Below, one piece after another: positions 26,601-35,177 of a DNA stretch of 53,842 nucleotides. The notes beneath the pieces were generated by a model. The model did no database searches and was not told the DNA's origin. It saw nothing but the letters and a program-made list of their open reading frames with translations. The stretch comes from a virus (Duplodnaviria; Caudoviricetes): positions 1 to 53,842 of the IMG/VR virus record IMGVR_UViG_3300020125_000547. One strand, written 5' to 3'. The position numbers and the translations under genes were made by a program. Every line of letters starts with the position of its first letter. Position 1 is the first letter of the stretch.

Positions 26601-27397
26601 AGGGCGAGCGCGCCAAGACCGGGCCGTGGGATCCGGATCGTTTTGCGTACGAGCAGGGTCATCTTGATCCGGACAACTTGCTGGGCGACCCTGACAAACA
26701 CGGTCACGTAAGCGCGGACTTCGACCCGAGCGACTACGACGAGAGCTTCGGACACACGGCCGAGAAGCATGCCGCCCTGGTGGCTACGTGGAACGCGGCC
26801 GCGGACGCCGATCGCACCGAGTACGAGCGGATCGCCGACAAGTGGAAGGCTGAGGAGAAGGCGCACGACGCCGCCGACAAGGCCGCGTTCGAGCGCGTGC
26901 AGAAGGCGGTCGCGGCGCACGCGGACGCCAGGCGCCAGGCGGCCGACGACGCCCAGGCGGCGCTCGAGGATCTCCACGGCAAGCAGACCGCGGCGCTGGC
27001 GACCGCGAAGACGATCGACAGGGCGGTCGCGAAGCCGCTCGCGGCGGCAAAGACCGAGGTCGGCGAGGAGGACTTCTCTCCTTCCGATCATGCGCACGAT
27101 CGCATCGCGGAGCACCCGGCGCTCGCGACGGCGACGCCGGCTGACGAGGACGACGACGAGCGTGTGTTCGCCAGCGAGCCGCACGAGCGGCTCTATCAAG
27201 GCGCGCAGGGCGCATTCGGCGAGGACGTCCAGACCGCGCGGAGCACGCGCGAGGTGCTCGGGCAGCGACACGGCGCGCAAACGCAGGGTGCGCTCGAGGA
27301 GGCGCGCGACCACACAGCGGCGCTGGTGCGGGCGCTCTCGCAGGTCTCCGGCCGCGCGCCGGCGCTCGCGAAGCCGAGCCGGAAGAAGCCGCGGTGA
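23612..27397 (+). CDS. Portal protein (DUF1073 family) with ~770-aa C-terminal extension
   Basis: IHESRLLIFPG, GWGEAVL, AAACDMPLTLLFGTSPAGLNATGESD, IKFRPLWQES. Confidence 0.9.
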   Translation: MSEDGTEPVRIKGRFAPGRSGNPAGGARRARSDAAPPGGRPSRHDADWVNFFTGQGVLGRDKRLGAHFNVTPLSFDQLMHLWLGDDLAARAVEMIPKEALRQGYDVTVADSQEGTDEDTDGLDPSEASAEITDELERLGANDAIEIAGSYERGYGGGAILIGANDGQADLTQPLNLKAVRSLDFLNPLEARECMPIYAYGDPRAPKYGEPEIYRIITRSVLPSRQGFSAQTMEIHESRLLIFPGIRVSRFQPLAARAGWGEAVLTRIYRVLRDFNAAYANTGVLINDFSQAVVKIAGLWEALAQDAGAFNQRLQAMEAGRSTVNAIAIDAGDSYERQQTPVTGLSDLLERFGVRLAAACDMPLTLLFGTSPAGLNATGESDIRSFYDRVASYQQRKILPKLRQICQILFRTIGSRSEPVNWSIKFRPLWQESAKDQASAAAALAQADTAWTTASILSSDEIAKARWGKGQEFAGITVDFSAREAQDDLGSQPGDQEVVTLPGTGGAAGTEVAAQAFNGAQISSMLEIVKAATARQIPMGSATAIIQTAFNLSPDKAKAITSSVAAAPLPPAVGATEPDEPDEDPEPEGPAPTPDETDGPAPKAGEARGDSTPPPRCEACGLEIDRDAADSACVLCGKEYIPPPPSGSARPQPDVVPPGPPAAPDPNTPPVRMITAEDRADACARPGAQRLDFDPDQPRAPDGKWGSGGSGTDPGRAPDDRTAAAVRDPAFTAPNRERLIAAGDRVRANYPRDQRATDAVHEEAQKEIRAEAGRILREQAVVGSDPRMQAELERVRGDMPVARVGDESAKQHDVLMERVTERRAELAQHDEARAAGLVPKVPDEALKAYQTAAAQHTPALDAAHAEVDAASQKALDALGKYSARAGDEERDALFEGDKAPGDAEELAASYAHAADRLGGKGDVDESGDFRDAPPSQDRYREMVDPERHAPPADVEIPDHFRDEETGELKSKWEPDPSWEPDHVTHEEAQKLNFEEHEEGERAKTGPWDPDRFAYEQGHLDPDNLLGDPDKHGHVSADFDPSDYDESFGHTAEKHAALVATWNAAADADRTEYERIADKWKAEEKAHDAADKAAFERVQKAVAAHADARRQAADDAQAALEDLHGKQTAALATAKTIDRAVAKPLAAAKTEVGEEDFSPSDHAHDRIAEHPALATATPADEDDDERVFASEPHERLYQGAQGAFGEDVQTARSTREVLGQRHGAQTQGALEEARDHTAALVRALSQVSGRAPALAKPSRKKPR

Positions 27398-28377
27398 TGG
27401 CATCGTTGGTCGCGCGCGTCGCCCGTCCCTCCCAGGTCGCACGACGCGACGTCATCGAACGCGAGGGCACGGGGTGGTCCGTGTTCTCGGAGACGACGCC
27501 GCGTAAGCGGCTCGGTGGTCCGTACCGCTCGCGCACCGCGGCCGAGAAGAGGCTCGGCCAGATCGAGTTCTTTAAGCATCGGCGCGACGCCGCACGACCG
27601 CGTCCGCGGCTCCCCCGCCAGATGCCTCCGACTCGGATCGAGCAGGATTACGCGGCTGTGCTGATCCGAATGCTCGGTCGCGCGCGCGCGGCGTACGCGC
27701 CGCTGATCAAGGCGCTGCCGTCGATCCTGGAGGAGGCTGCCGCCGAGCGCGACGGCGCGCGCGCCGACAGCGCGTCAAGCCGAGCTCGTCGACTGCTTGC
27801 ACAGGCACGCGGATCCCCTGTGATCGACACGCGCGCGCTCGAGGCGCTCGCCGGCAAGTACGCGAAGGCGACGTCGGACCACCAGAAGGAGCAACTACGA
27901 CGCCAAGCGCACGCCGCGATCAAGGTCAACCCGGTGTTCAAGGACGCCGACCTGGCGCCGCTCTCGCGACATTTCGTACACGAGAACGTCGCATTGATCA
28001 AGCGTATCCCGGCGCGGCTGCACGACGACATCGAGGTGATGGTGCACCACGCGGTGTCGAGCGGGCGCCGGCACAAGCACCTGACCCGGCAGATCGAGGA
28101 CCGCTTCGGCGTCGCCGATCGCCATGCCCGGCTCATCGCGCGCGACCAGATCGGGAAGTTCCACGCCAAGGTCAACCACCACCGGCAGAGGGAGATGGGG
28201 GTCAAGAAGTTCGTGTGGCGGACGGTCGGTGACGAGCGGGTGAGGCCGTGGCACGAGGAGCTCGACGGCACCACGCACCGCTACAGCAAGCCGCCCGAGA
28301 ACCCGGACACCGGGGAACGGGCACTCCCCGGCGAAGAGATACAGTGTAGGTGTTCCGCTGAGCCAGTCTTTTCGTAG
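27394..28377 (+). CDS. MuF / SPP1 gp7-like minor head protein
   Basis: ARLIARDQIGK...WRTVGDERVRPWH...PGEEIQCRC. Confidence 0.92.
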   Translation: MMASLVARVARPSQVARRDVIEREGTGWSVFSETTPRKRLGGPYRSRTAAEKRLGQIEFFKHRRDAARPRPRLPRQMPPTRIEQDYAAVLIRMLGRARAAYAPLIKALPSILEEAAAERDGARADSASSRARRLLAQARGSPVIDTRALEALAGKYAKATSDHQKEQLRRQAHAAIKVNPVFKDADLAPLSRHFVHENVALIKRIPARLHDDIEVMVHHAVSSGRRHKHLTRQIEDRFGVADRHARLIARDQIGKFHAKVNHHRQREMGVKKFVWRTVGDERVRPWHEELDGTTHRYSKPPENPDTGERALPGEEIQCRCSAEPVFS

Positions 28378-28424
28378 ACTTAGCGCGCCGCGTCTAAGTT
28401 AGGCGGCCCTTTGTTTTTAGGGCC

Positions 28425-28453
28425 TTGCCCCAAGCTGATTCTATTGCTATATT
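28425..28453 (+). promoter_or_regulatory. Sigma70-like promoter, probably leaderless
   Basis: TTGCCC-N17-TATATT-N7-ATG(28461). Confidence 0.6.
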
Positions 28454-28460
28454 ATCAAAC

Positions 28461-28739
28461 ATGGAAGTGACGATGATCGACGGTTTCGTGGTCGGTGCCT
28501 ACCCGGCGCGCACGGTGCGCGGCAAGGCCGTCCGCACCGCCCTCAACCTGTTCGCCTACGAGGCGTGCCCCTACAACACCACGCTCCGCTCCCGCGAGTG
28601 GGTGGCGGTGCTCCCGGGGCTCGTCAAGGCCGGGAAGCATGGGCTCGCGGCCGCCGTGGCGACCCGCATCATGCAGGGGCGCGACCGGACGCACACCCGA
28701 GTTGTGCAGCTCGACAACGGCGCGCTCGCGCTGGTGTAG
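28461..28739 (+). CDS. Hypothetical protein (moron-like)
   Basis: Has its own promoter; inserted between MuF and the protease. Confidence 0.6.
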   Translation: MEVTMIDGFVVGAYPARTVRGKAVRTALNLFAYEACPYNTTLRSREWVAVLPGLVKAGKHGLAAAVATRIMQGRDRTHTRVVQLDNGALALV

Positions 28740-28817
28740 TTCGGCCGGCACGCACTTGTAGTTATTCGCGAACTTGCGCGCCTCGCCGCGCACCACGCGC
28801 CCCGGTACGATCCCCGG

Positions 28818-29042
28818 ATGCACGCGTGGACCGTCCCGCCGCCCGATCCGCAGATGACCCCGGTCCGCGCGCGGCGGGGGCGGCTCGTGCACGCGACCAG
28901 CCTCCGGACACCGCGGCAGACCGCCTGCGGCCGACGGTGCGACGGCTGGGCGGTGGCGACCCGCGAGCGCGTCGACTGCCGTCCGTGCAAACTCGCCATG
29001 TTCGGCCGGCCGCGGCTGCGTCGCGGGGCGCGGCTCGCGTGA
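28818..29042 (+). CDS. Small zinc-binding protein
   Basis: H...TACG...VDCRPC; TACGAT 6 nt upstream of ATG. Confidence 0.5.
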   Translation: MHAWTVPPPDPQMTPVRARRGRLVHATSLRTPRQTACGRRCDGWAVATRERVDCRPCKLAMFGRPRLRRGARLA

Positions 29043-29052
29043 CGGCGCCCGG

Positions 29053-29322
29053 ATGCGGGGCGATCTCGTGACCGGGCTCGAGTGGGCCGGCGCGGCGTTC
29101 GGCGTGTTCGCGGCCGCGGTCGCCTACGACTTCGCGTTCGCCCGGTATACAGCTGCCGCCGCGGCGCGGCGCGCGGCCGCCGCGGCGGGGTGGTCCGCGA
29201 CCACCTACGGGGTCGGGCTCGTCGGCTTCGCCGCGGTGCTGCGCGGCTCGATCTGGCTGGCGGTCCCGGAGGCGGTCGGCCTGTTTGTTGGGACATGGCT
29301 CGGCGTCCGGCGCCGGCGCTGA
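29053..29322 (+). CDS. Small multi-pass membrane protein
   Basis: Three hydrophobic segments. Confidence 0.6.
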   Translation: MRGDLVTGLEWAGAAFGVFAAAVAYDFAFARYTAAAAARRAAAAAGWSATTYGVGLVGFAAVLRGSIWLAVPEAVGLFVGTWLGVRRRR

Positions 29323-29328
29323 ACCACC

Positions 29329-29511
29329 CTACGTGGTACGCAGATCCGCCGTGCATGAATCAGCGCAACTGGCGCACCAGGTGTCCGGGCAGATCAGTTG
29401 CGACACCGGGTTCGGGCACTGCAGACCGCCGCGCGCGGACGCGAGGTCCGATGCTGCGAGTGCGCGAATCGTGTTGGAGCGGAGGGCGAGCTTCTTGAGC
29501 GTGGGGCGCAT
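29329..29511 (-). CDS. RiPP (lanthipeptide-like) precursor peptide
   Basis: Leader KKLALRSNTIRAL...DLASARGG, then core with 5 Cys and 7 Ser/Thr; TACCCT 6 nt upstream of ATG. Confidence 0.7.
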   Translation of the reverse strand: MRPTLKKLALRSNTIRALAASDLASARGGLQCPNPVSQLICPDTWCASCADSCTADLRTT

Positions 29512-29544
29512 GCGCTCAGGGTAGCCGACATGCACAAACCGCGC

Positions 29545-29579
29545 CGCACCGGCACGGTCGGTGCTATGCTAGTTCCGTG
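29545..29579 (+). promoter_or_regulatory. Conserved 35-bp candidate late promoter, copy A
   Basis: CGCACCGGCACGGT-N3-TGCTATGCT-N3-TCCGTG, 28/35 identical to the copy at 45750. Confidence 0.65.
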
Positions 29580-31328
29580 CCGACTGCACATCCGCCAGCC
29601 GTCCGACGCGTGCACCGGACCGACCTGAGCACGCTCCAGCCCGTCGAGGAGCGCGACGACGGGACGATCGTTGCCGACGGGCGCCTGACCCGGTGCGGGG
29701 TGTTCACTTACTTCCAGCCCGACGGCTCCGTCCGACGCGAGCTCCGGCGGAGACAGGATGTCTGCAATCCTGCAAGTTTGCATACACTGATCGGCCGGCC
29801 GGTCACGAACAATCACCCGCCGGGGCTACTCGACGCGAAGACCGCGCGCGAGTGGATGGTCGGCGCACAGGCCGGCGACGTCACCGTCGACGAGGACCAC
29901 GTCCGAAGCAAGGTGTCGGTCCTCGACGCCTCGACGATTGGCGCCATGCGCGCCGGGAAGGTCGAGGTGTCGTGCGGGTACGAGTGCGACTGCCTCGAGA
30001 TCCCCGGCGAGGATCCGGTGTACGGCCGGTACGACGCGATCCAGACCAACATCAAATACAACCATATCGCGATCGTAGACAAGGGTCGCGCGGGGCCGAC
30101 CGCCGCCGTCCGCATGGACGGGTGGATGGTAGCGGAGCCGGCGGCCGCGCCCGGGCGGGGCGCGCGCGGCACGCGACTTGCTAGTCCGGCCTCCGCATGC
30201 AATCCTCGATCCATGGCCAAGCGCAAGTCGACCGCGGGAGCACGCGCCGAAGGGGCGCGCGGTGATGCCGCCGGGTCGCCCGACCCGAACGACGAAGCGA
30301 GCCGCAATGCCGGCGGCGACAACGACGCGCCGCCCGCGCCGAAGGCACCCGCCGCCGAGGGCGTCGAGCACGACGACGATGACACGGACGAGGGTGACGA
30401 AGTGGAGATGGACGCCTACGACGCCATGTACGGCGACGACGGCTGCCTGACCGACGCGACGCGCACGAAGATGGCGGCCGCGAACTTCGCTGTCCCGGGC
30501 AAGGAACGGCTTCCGATCCACACCGCGGACGCGGTGAAGGGTTCGATGAAGCGGTTCGGAGCTACGGAGTTCGATGACGCGGACGAGAAGCACGCGGCCT
30601 TCAACCGCATCAACGCGCGCGCCAAGGAATTTGGCGTCAGCACCACCAATTTTCAGCGCGCACACGGCGCCAAGCTCGACCGGGCCGGCGGCCCACGGAG
30701 CGATACCAGCATGACCGCAGACGAGATCAAGAAGCTCCAGGCGCGCGCCGACAAGGCCGAGGCCCGGAAGACGGCCCGTGACGAGGCCCGCACCCGCGCC
30801 GACGCTGCCGAGGCGAAGGTCAAGGAGCTCGAGGGCAAGGTCGCCGGGCTCGAGGGCCAGGTCAAGAGCCTGACCACGGACCTGGAGACGGCCAAGAAGG
30901 GGCACCTCGACTCGGCCGCGATCGACAAGATCGTCGCGGACCGCGCCGAGCTCGTCGCGACCGCGACGCGCGTCGGCGCCCAGGTCACCGCAGCCATGCC
31001 TCCGGTCGACATCAAGCGCGCGGTGATCAAGCACCTGGACAAGGACGACGTGCCGGCGGACAAGCACTCCGAGTACGTCGAGGCCCTATACCAGGGGGCG
31101 CTCAAGCGCCACAAGGCGCACGCGGACGCCACCCAGGCCGGTGCGAACGCGCTCGCCGCGGCGCGCGGCACCGGCGGTGCGACCACGCCGACCGTCGTGA
31201 CGCCGCCCGCGCCCGGCACCGGCGCGACCATGCCCAGCGAGGCCGAGGCCGCGGCCCGGATGCGGAACGATTCCGAGAACGCCTGGGCCAAGCCCGGCAA
31301 CGCCACCGCGCTGCGGGGAGGCTACTAG
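29577..31328 (+). CDS. Prohead protease/scaffold (DUF2213) with internal DUF6582-like domain
   Basis: TRCGVFTY, VTNNHPP, EVSCGYEC, YNHIAIVDKGRAG; NFAVPGKERLPIH; coiled-coil C-terminus. Confidence 0.88.
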   Translation: MPTAHPPAVRRVHRTDLSTLQPVEERDDGTIVADGRLTRCGVFTYFQPDGSVRRELRRRQDVCNPASLHTLIGRPVTNNHPPGLLDAKTAREWMVGAQAGDVTVDEDHVRSKVSVLDASTIGAMRAGKVEVSCGYECDCLEIPGEDPVYGRYDAIQTNIKYNHIAIVDKGRAGPTAAVRMDGWMVAEPAAAPGRGARGTRLASPASACNPRSMAKRKSTAGARAEGARGDAAGSPDPNDEASRNAGGDNDAPPAPKAPAAEGVEHDDDDTDEGDEVEMDAYDAMYGDDGCLTDATRTKMAAANFAVPGKERLPIHTADAVKGSMKRFGATEFDDADEKHAAFNRINARAKEFGVSTTNFQRAHGAKLDRAGGPRSDTSMTADEIKKLQARADKAEARKTARDEARTRADAAEAKVKELEGKVAGLEGQVKSLTTDLETAKKGHLDSAAIDKIVADRAELVATATRVGAQVTAAMPPVDIKRAVIKHLDKDDVPADKHSEYVEALYQGALKRHKAHADATQAGANALAAARGTGGATTPTVVTPPAPGTGATMPSEAEAAARMRNDSENAWAKPGNATALRGGY

Positions 31329-31332
31329 CACC

Positions 31333-31881
31333 ATGCCCGTTCAGACCAGCTACAACGCGGCGCCGGCTGCGGCGTTCGCCGGCATGCTCGCGGACGACAC
31401 CGAGAACGACGTCATGACCGTGATCAACGCCGACTCGGTGTCGATCCCGTTCGGCATCTGCGTCGCGTTCAAGACCTCCTCGCCCACGAGCGACAAGGAC
31501 GTGATCCTGCCTGGCGCGACGCCGAAGCTCGCGGGCATCGTGGTCCACAACCACGACTTCGCTCGGTCCGTGACCGTGCTCGACCTCGCGGGCAACAGCG
31601 TCACGATCGGCGAACTCGATTCGACCGGCGTCGTCGCCGGCGCGGTGATGGGGATCCTCTGGCGTGGGACGATCTGGGTCAAGGTGCAGCAGGCCGTCGT
31701 CGTTGGCGACCGACTGTTCGTCTGCACCTCGGCCGGGACAACCTTCACCGCCAAGGGCCAGATCGGCAACGCGGACGAGTCGAGCAACACCGTCGACGCG
31801 ACCGCGATCGGTCGGTTCATCTCCTCGGCGGCGATCGGTGGCTTTGCGAAGCTGCAGGTCGACTTCAGCCAGAAGCCGTAG
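31333..31881 (+). CDS. Head decoration/cement protein
   Basis: VQTSY...AFAGMLAD, IPFG..V, GILWRGTIWV; lies between protease and capsid. Confidence 0.75.
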   Translation: MPVQTSYNAAPAAAFAGMLADDTENDVMTVINADSVSIPFGICVAFKTSSPTSDKDVILPGATPKLAGIVVHNHDFARSVTVLDLAGNSVTIGELDSTGVVAGAVMGILWRGTIWVKVQQAVVVGDRLFVCTSAGTTFTAKGQIGNADESSNTVDATAIGRFISSAAIGGFAKLQVDFSQKP

Positions 31882-31899
31882 TCGGCAAGCGGAGGAACC

Positions 31900-32313
31900 A
31901 TGGCCCAGGCCAGACGCAACGATCCCACACGCTCGCAGTCGAAGTCGTTCTCGATCGATACGGTCGCGGCGATCTCGGCGACGACGACCGTGTGGGCCTG
32001 GAAGGTCGGAGCACAGCGCACGTTCAAGCTCGAGCGTGCAGTGATCAACGTCTCGGCGACCTACGCCGCGGACACGACGAACTTCTACACGATCCAGATC
32101 AAGGACGGCTCGACGGTCCTGGCCAGCTGGTCCACGCAGACCAGCGCGCAGGGCGCGCTCACGGCGAACACGCCCGCCGACCTGATCCTCAACACCACGG
32201 ACGCCAACCTCGCGGCCGCCGGCGGCGACACACTCACCGTCGTGTGCACCAAATCCGCCGCCGCCGCCAACTTCCCGACGTTCAACCTCCACCCCGAGGG
32301 GCAGTATTACTAG
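31900..32313 (+). CDS. Putative virion protein
   Basis: Beta-rich, Thr/Ala-rich; strong RBS; in the head operon. Confidence 0.65.
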   Translation: MAQARRNDPTRSQSKSFSIDTVAAISATTTVWAWKVGAQRTFKLERAVINVSATYAADTTNFYTIQIKDGSTVLASWSTQTSAQGALTANTPADLILNTTDANLAAAGGDTLTVVCTKSAAAANFPTFNLHPEGQYY

Positions 32314-32326
32314 GAGCCGCACCACC

Positions 32327-33598
32327 ATGACCGCCATTCCCCAGGTTTCCCCGGCGCGGCTCGACGCGATCAACGCCATGATCGCGGCGCAGCTCGCCGC
32401 AATGCAGGCTGCCGAGGCGCAGCCGGCGTTCCAGGCCACGTTCCCGACCGCGCGGCGCGCCGCCATGCGCGCGGACGCGCAGGCGTTCGATCCGCGCGCG
32501 CCGCGCCTCGACAGCATGAACGCGGACTCGCTGGCCTATCTCGACGAGATCGATCCGACCCTCTCGTTCTTCATCCAGGTCGGCAACGTCGAGGGCGTGA
32601 AGCGGCGCAAGGACGCGAGCGAGTCGCTGTTCTTCGTGGGGCAGCTCGCGCACATCCGCGCTGGTCTGCTCGAGGTCCTGTACCCGAACCTCCGCGCCAA
32701 GGAGTTCGTCTCGCTCGAGCCGGGGATCGATCCGGGTGCGGAATACTTCGAGTACCACATGACGGACACCGTCGGCCGCGCGCAGCTCATCAAGAGCTAC
32801 AGCGACGACGTGCCGCGCGCCGATGTCAAGGGCGGCGCGGACATCCAGGTGATCCGCGGCGCGGCCCTGATGTACGGGTACACCATGCAGGAGTTGCGGG
32901 CCGCCATGAAGGCCGGCCTGCCGCTCGACGTCCGCAAGGCGATGGCCGCGCGACGCGGCATGGCGATCCTCACCGACGAGGTGCTGTTCTTCGGCCATGC
33001 GGACATCAACGCCAACATGCAGTCGGCGACCGGCAAGGACGCCGGCGCGCTGAACGCCGGACTCCAGGGCTTCGCGAACTTCACCGGCAAGTACGCCGTG
33101 CTCTCGTTCACCACGCCGACGGGCCAGGCCGGCTCGCAGCTCTGGCGCAAGAAGTCGCCGGACGAGATGGTGTTCGACCTGCACAGCTTCGCGAACAACA
33201 TCATGAGCCAGAGCCTCGGGATCCACGTGCCCGACTCGATCCTCATGGGCACGAAGGCGTTCAACAAAATCGCCACGACCCGCATGGGCGACGGCTCGAA
33301 CCAGACGGTGCTGAGCTTCTTCCTCGCGACGAATCCGTACATCAAGAACGTGGACTGGTCGTACCGACTCGACCCGGCGAGCGACGGCAACTGGTCGGGC
33401 TCGACGGGGCGGATCATCGGCTACGAGAAGAACCCCGAGCGGCTCGTCGGCCTGCTGCCGGTCGAGTTCGAGCAGCTCCCCCCGCAGAACGAGCACTTCG
33501 AGACCCGCACGCTGTGCCACGGGCGGATGGGCGGCTGCGTGCCGCTGTACCCGAAGTCGATCTCGTACCTGGACGGCTGCACCGACTCGAGCGACTAG
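32327..33598 (+). CDS. Major capsid protein (DUF2184, HK97 fold)
   Basis: FFVGQLAHI...YPNLRA, DDVPRADV, YGYTMQELRAA, GGCVPLYPKSISYLDG. Confidence 0.9.
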   Translation: MTAIPQVSPARLDAINAMIAAQLAAMQAAEAQPAFQATFPTARRAAMRADAQAFDPRAPRLDSMNADSLAYLDEIDPTLSFFIQVGNVEGVKRRKDASESLFFVGQLAHIRAGLLEVLYPNLRAKEFVSLEPGIDPGAEYFEYHMTDTVGRAQLIKSYSDDVPRADVKGGADIQVIRGAALMYGYTMQELRAAMKAGLPLDVRKAMAARRGMAILTDEVLFFGHADINANMQSATGKDAGALNAGLQGFANFTGKYAVLSFTTPTGQAGSQLWRKKSPDEMVFDLHSFANNIMSQSLGIHVPDSILMGTKAFNKIATTRMGDGSNQTVLSFFLATNPYIKNVDWSYRLDPASDGNWSGSTGRIIGYEKNPERLVGLLPVEFEQLPPQNEHFETRTLCHGRMGGCVPLYPKSISYLDGCTDSSD

Positions 33599-33631
33599 TA
33601 GAACCGCGGCCGGCGCGTCCTTTCGCGGGCG

Positions 33632-33669
33632 GCGGCCCCGGCGCATCCCCGCCGGGGCCGCTTTCGTTT
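33632..33669 (+). terminator. Intrinsic terminator after the capsid gene
   Basis: 12-bp perfect stem GCGGCCCCGGCG/CGCCGGGGCCGC followed by TTTCGTTT. Confidence 0.8.
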
Positions 33670-33679
33670 GGAGGCACGC

Positions 33680-34240
33680 ATGATCTCCCCCGTTCTTCTC
33701 CCCAAGACCGCCGCGTCCGTCGCCTACACAGGCACGCCGGGCGCGCTCACCCTCGACGGCACGCAGCGGCCGGGGCAGGCCACCTACGAGCTCGTGACGA
33801 CCTCGCTCGCGTGGTTCGCCCAGGGCATCGCGGCGTCGACGTTCACCGCGACCGCAGCGACCGATGTTTGCACCCTGACCGCGCCGACGACCCACAACCA
33901 GGTCACCGGCGACGGTCCGGTGCAACTCACCACGACGACGACGCTGCCGGCGGGACTCAGCCTCGCGACGAACTACTGGCTGATCGTCGTCGACGCGAGC
34001 AACGTGAAGCTCGCGACGTCGCGCGCGAACGCGCTCGCCGGGACCGCCGTCGACATCACCAGCGCCGGCACCGGGACGCACACGATGACCACGTTCGCGA
34101 CGAAGAACGGCGCGAGCTCGGTCCAGGTGCCGGCCGGCCTGCCGCGGACGATCGACGGCGCCAACGGCCCGGCGATCTCCGTCGTGCAGGACACGGCGGC
34201 CGGCGAAGCGACGCTGACCGCGGTGCTGGTGGTGCGATGA
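33680..34240 (+). CDS. Virion protein carrying the repeated TGDGP/YW/LATS domain
   Basis: GGAGG RBS; domain at about 33839-34090. Confidence 0.75.
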   Translation: MISPVLLPKTAASVAYTGTPGALTLDGTQRPGQATYELVTTSLAWFAQGIAASTFTATAATDVCTLTAPTTHNQVTGDGPVQLTTTTTLPAGLSLATNYWLIVVDASNVKLATSRANALAGTAVDITSAGTGTHTMTTFATKNGASSVQVPAGLPRTIDGANGPAISVVQDTAAGEATLTAVLVVR

Positions 34241-34295
34241 TCCGGGGCCTCGTCCTCGCGTTGGTCGTGTGCTGGCGCGTCGCCCGGAGGCGCTA

Positions 34296-34688
34296 GTGTC
34301 CGCAATTCTCTGGAGCGACATCACCGGCACGCCGCCGGCGGTTGGTATCGCGTCCGAGCTCGTCGCGCTCAGCGACGTCCCGGCGCAGACGCTGATCCTG
34401 CTGCTCGTCAACACGACCGGGATCAACGCGGCCAACTTCGGCGGCGAGGACGCCACGAAGACCAAGCTCGCGCGGATCCTCCTCGCCGCGCATATGGCGA
34501 CGATGTTCCTACGGCGCGGCATCGCTGGCGCCGTCGCTTCGCAGTCCGAGGGCGGCGTCAGCGAGAGCTACGCGAACATCGTCGCCAACCCGAAGACCTG
34601 GGATCAGACCTCCTACGGCTCGGTCCTGCGCACGATCACCGCCGGCACGCCCGCGCGTGCGGGGCTGCTGATCGGGACGGTCGGGTAG
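34296..34688 (+). CDS. Head-tail adaptor (DUF4054-like)
   Basis: LLAAH...GAVASQSEGGVSESY...WDQTSYG. Confidence 0.8.
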   Translation: MSAILWSDITGTPPAVGIASELVALSDVPAQTLILLLVNTTGINAANFGGEDATKTKLARILLAAHMATMFLRRGIAGAVASQSEGGVSESYANIVANPKTWDQTSYGSVLRTITAGTPARAGLLIGTVG

Positions 34689-34694
34689 CAGCCC

Positions 34695-35177
34695 GTGGGC
34701 CTGATCAAGAACGACAAGGTGTTCCGCGAGCTCCGCAAGAAGCTCGGGAAGCTCGCCGACGCCAAGGTCCGGGTTGGCGTGCTCGAGGGCGGCGACGACG
34801 AGGTCGAGAGCGAGTACGGCGACCTGACGATCGTCGAGCTCGCGACGATCCACGAGTACGGCGCGCCGGAGGCGAACATCCCCGAGCGCTCGTTCCTGCG
34901 CAAGACCTTCACCGACGACCGCGGTCGCGCCGAGACCGCCGAGTTTCAAGCCGAGCCGGCGAAGCAGGTGATCGAGGGCAAGCTCGGCGCGAAGACCGCG
35001 CTCAAGCGGATCGGCGCGTGGGGCGCGGCGAAGGTGCGCGAGCGGATCCGCGAGGGGATCGACCCTCCGCTTCGTCCGGCGACGATTCAGCGGAAGGGGA
35101 GTTCGACGCCGCTGGTGGATACCGGGCATCTGCAGGCGAGTGTGAGCTGGGAGATCGACGAGGGCGGCGGTGAGTAG
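34695..35177 (+). CDS. Neck/tail completion protein
   Basis: VRVGV...ATIHEYG...IPERSFLR...TIQRKGSSTPLVDTGHLQASVSW. Confidence 0.85.
   Translation: MGLIKNDKVFRELRKKLGKLADAKVRVGVLEGGDDEVESEYGDLTIVELATIHEYGAPEANIPERSFLRKTFTDDRGRAETAEFQAEPAKQVIEGKLGAKTALKRIGAWGAAKVRERIREGIDPPLRPATIQRKGSSTPLVDTGHLQASVSWEIDEGGGE

Noticed and set aside
33600-33623. AGAAC...GTCCTTT after the capsid gene as a motif copy
   Set aside because: Spacer is only 12 nt, the -10 box is degenerate and a terminator follows immediately
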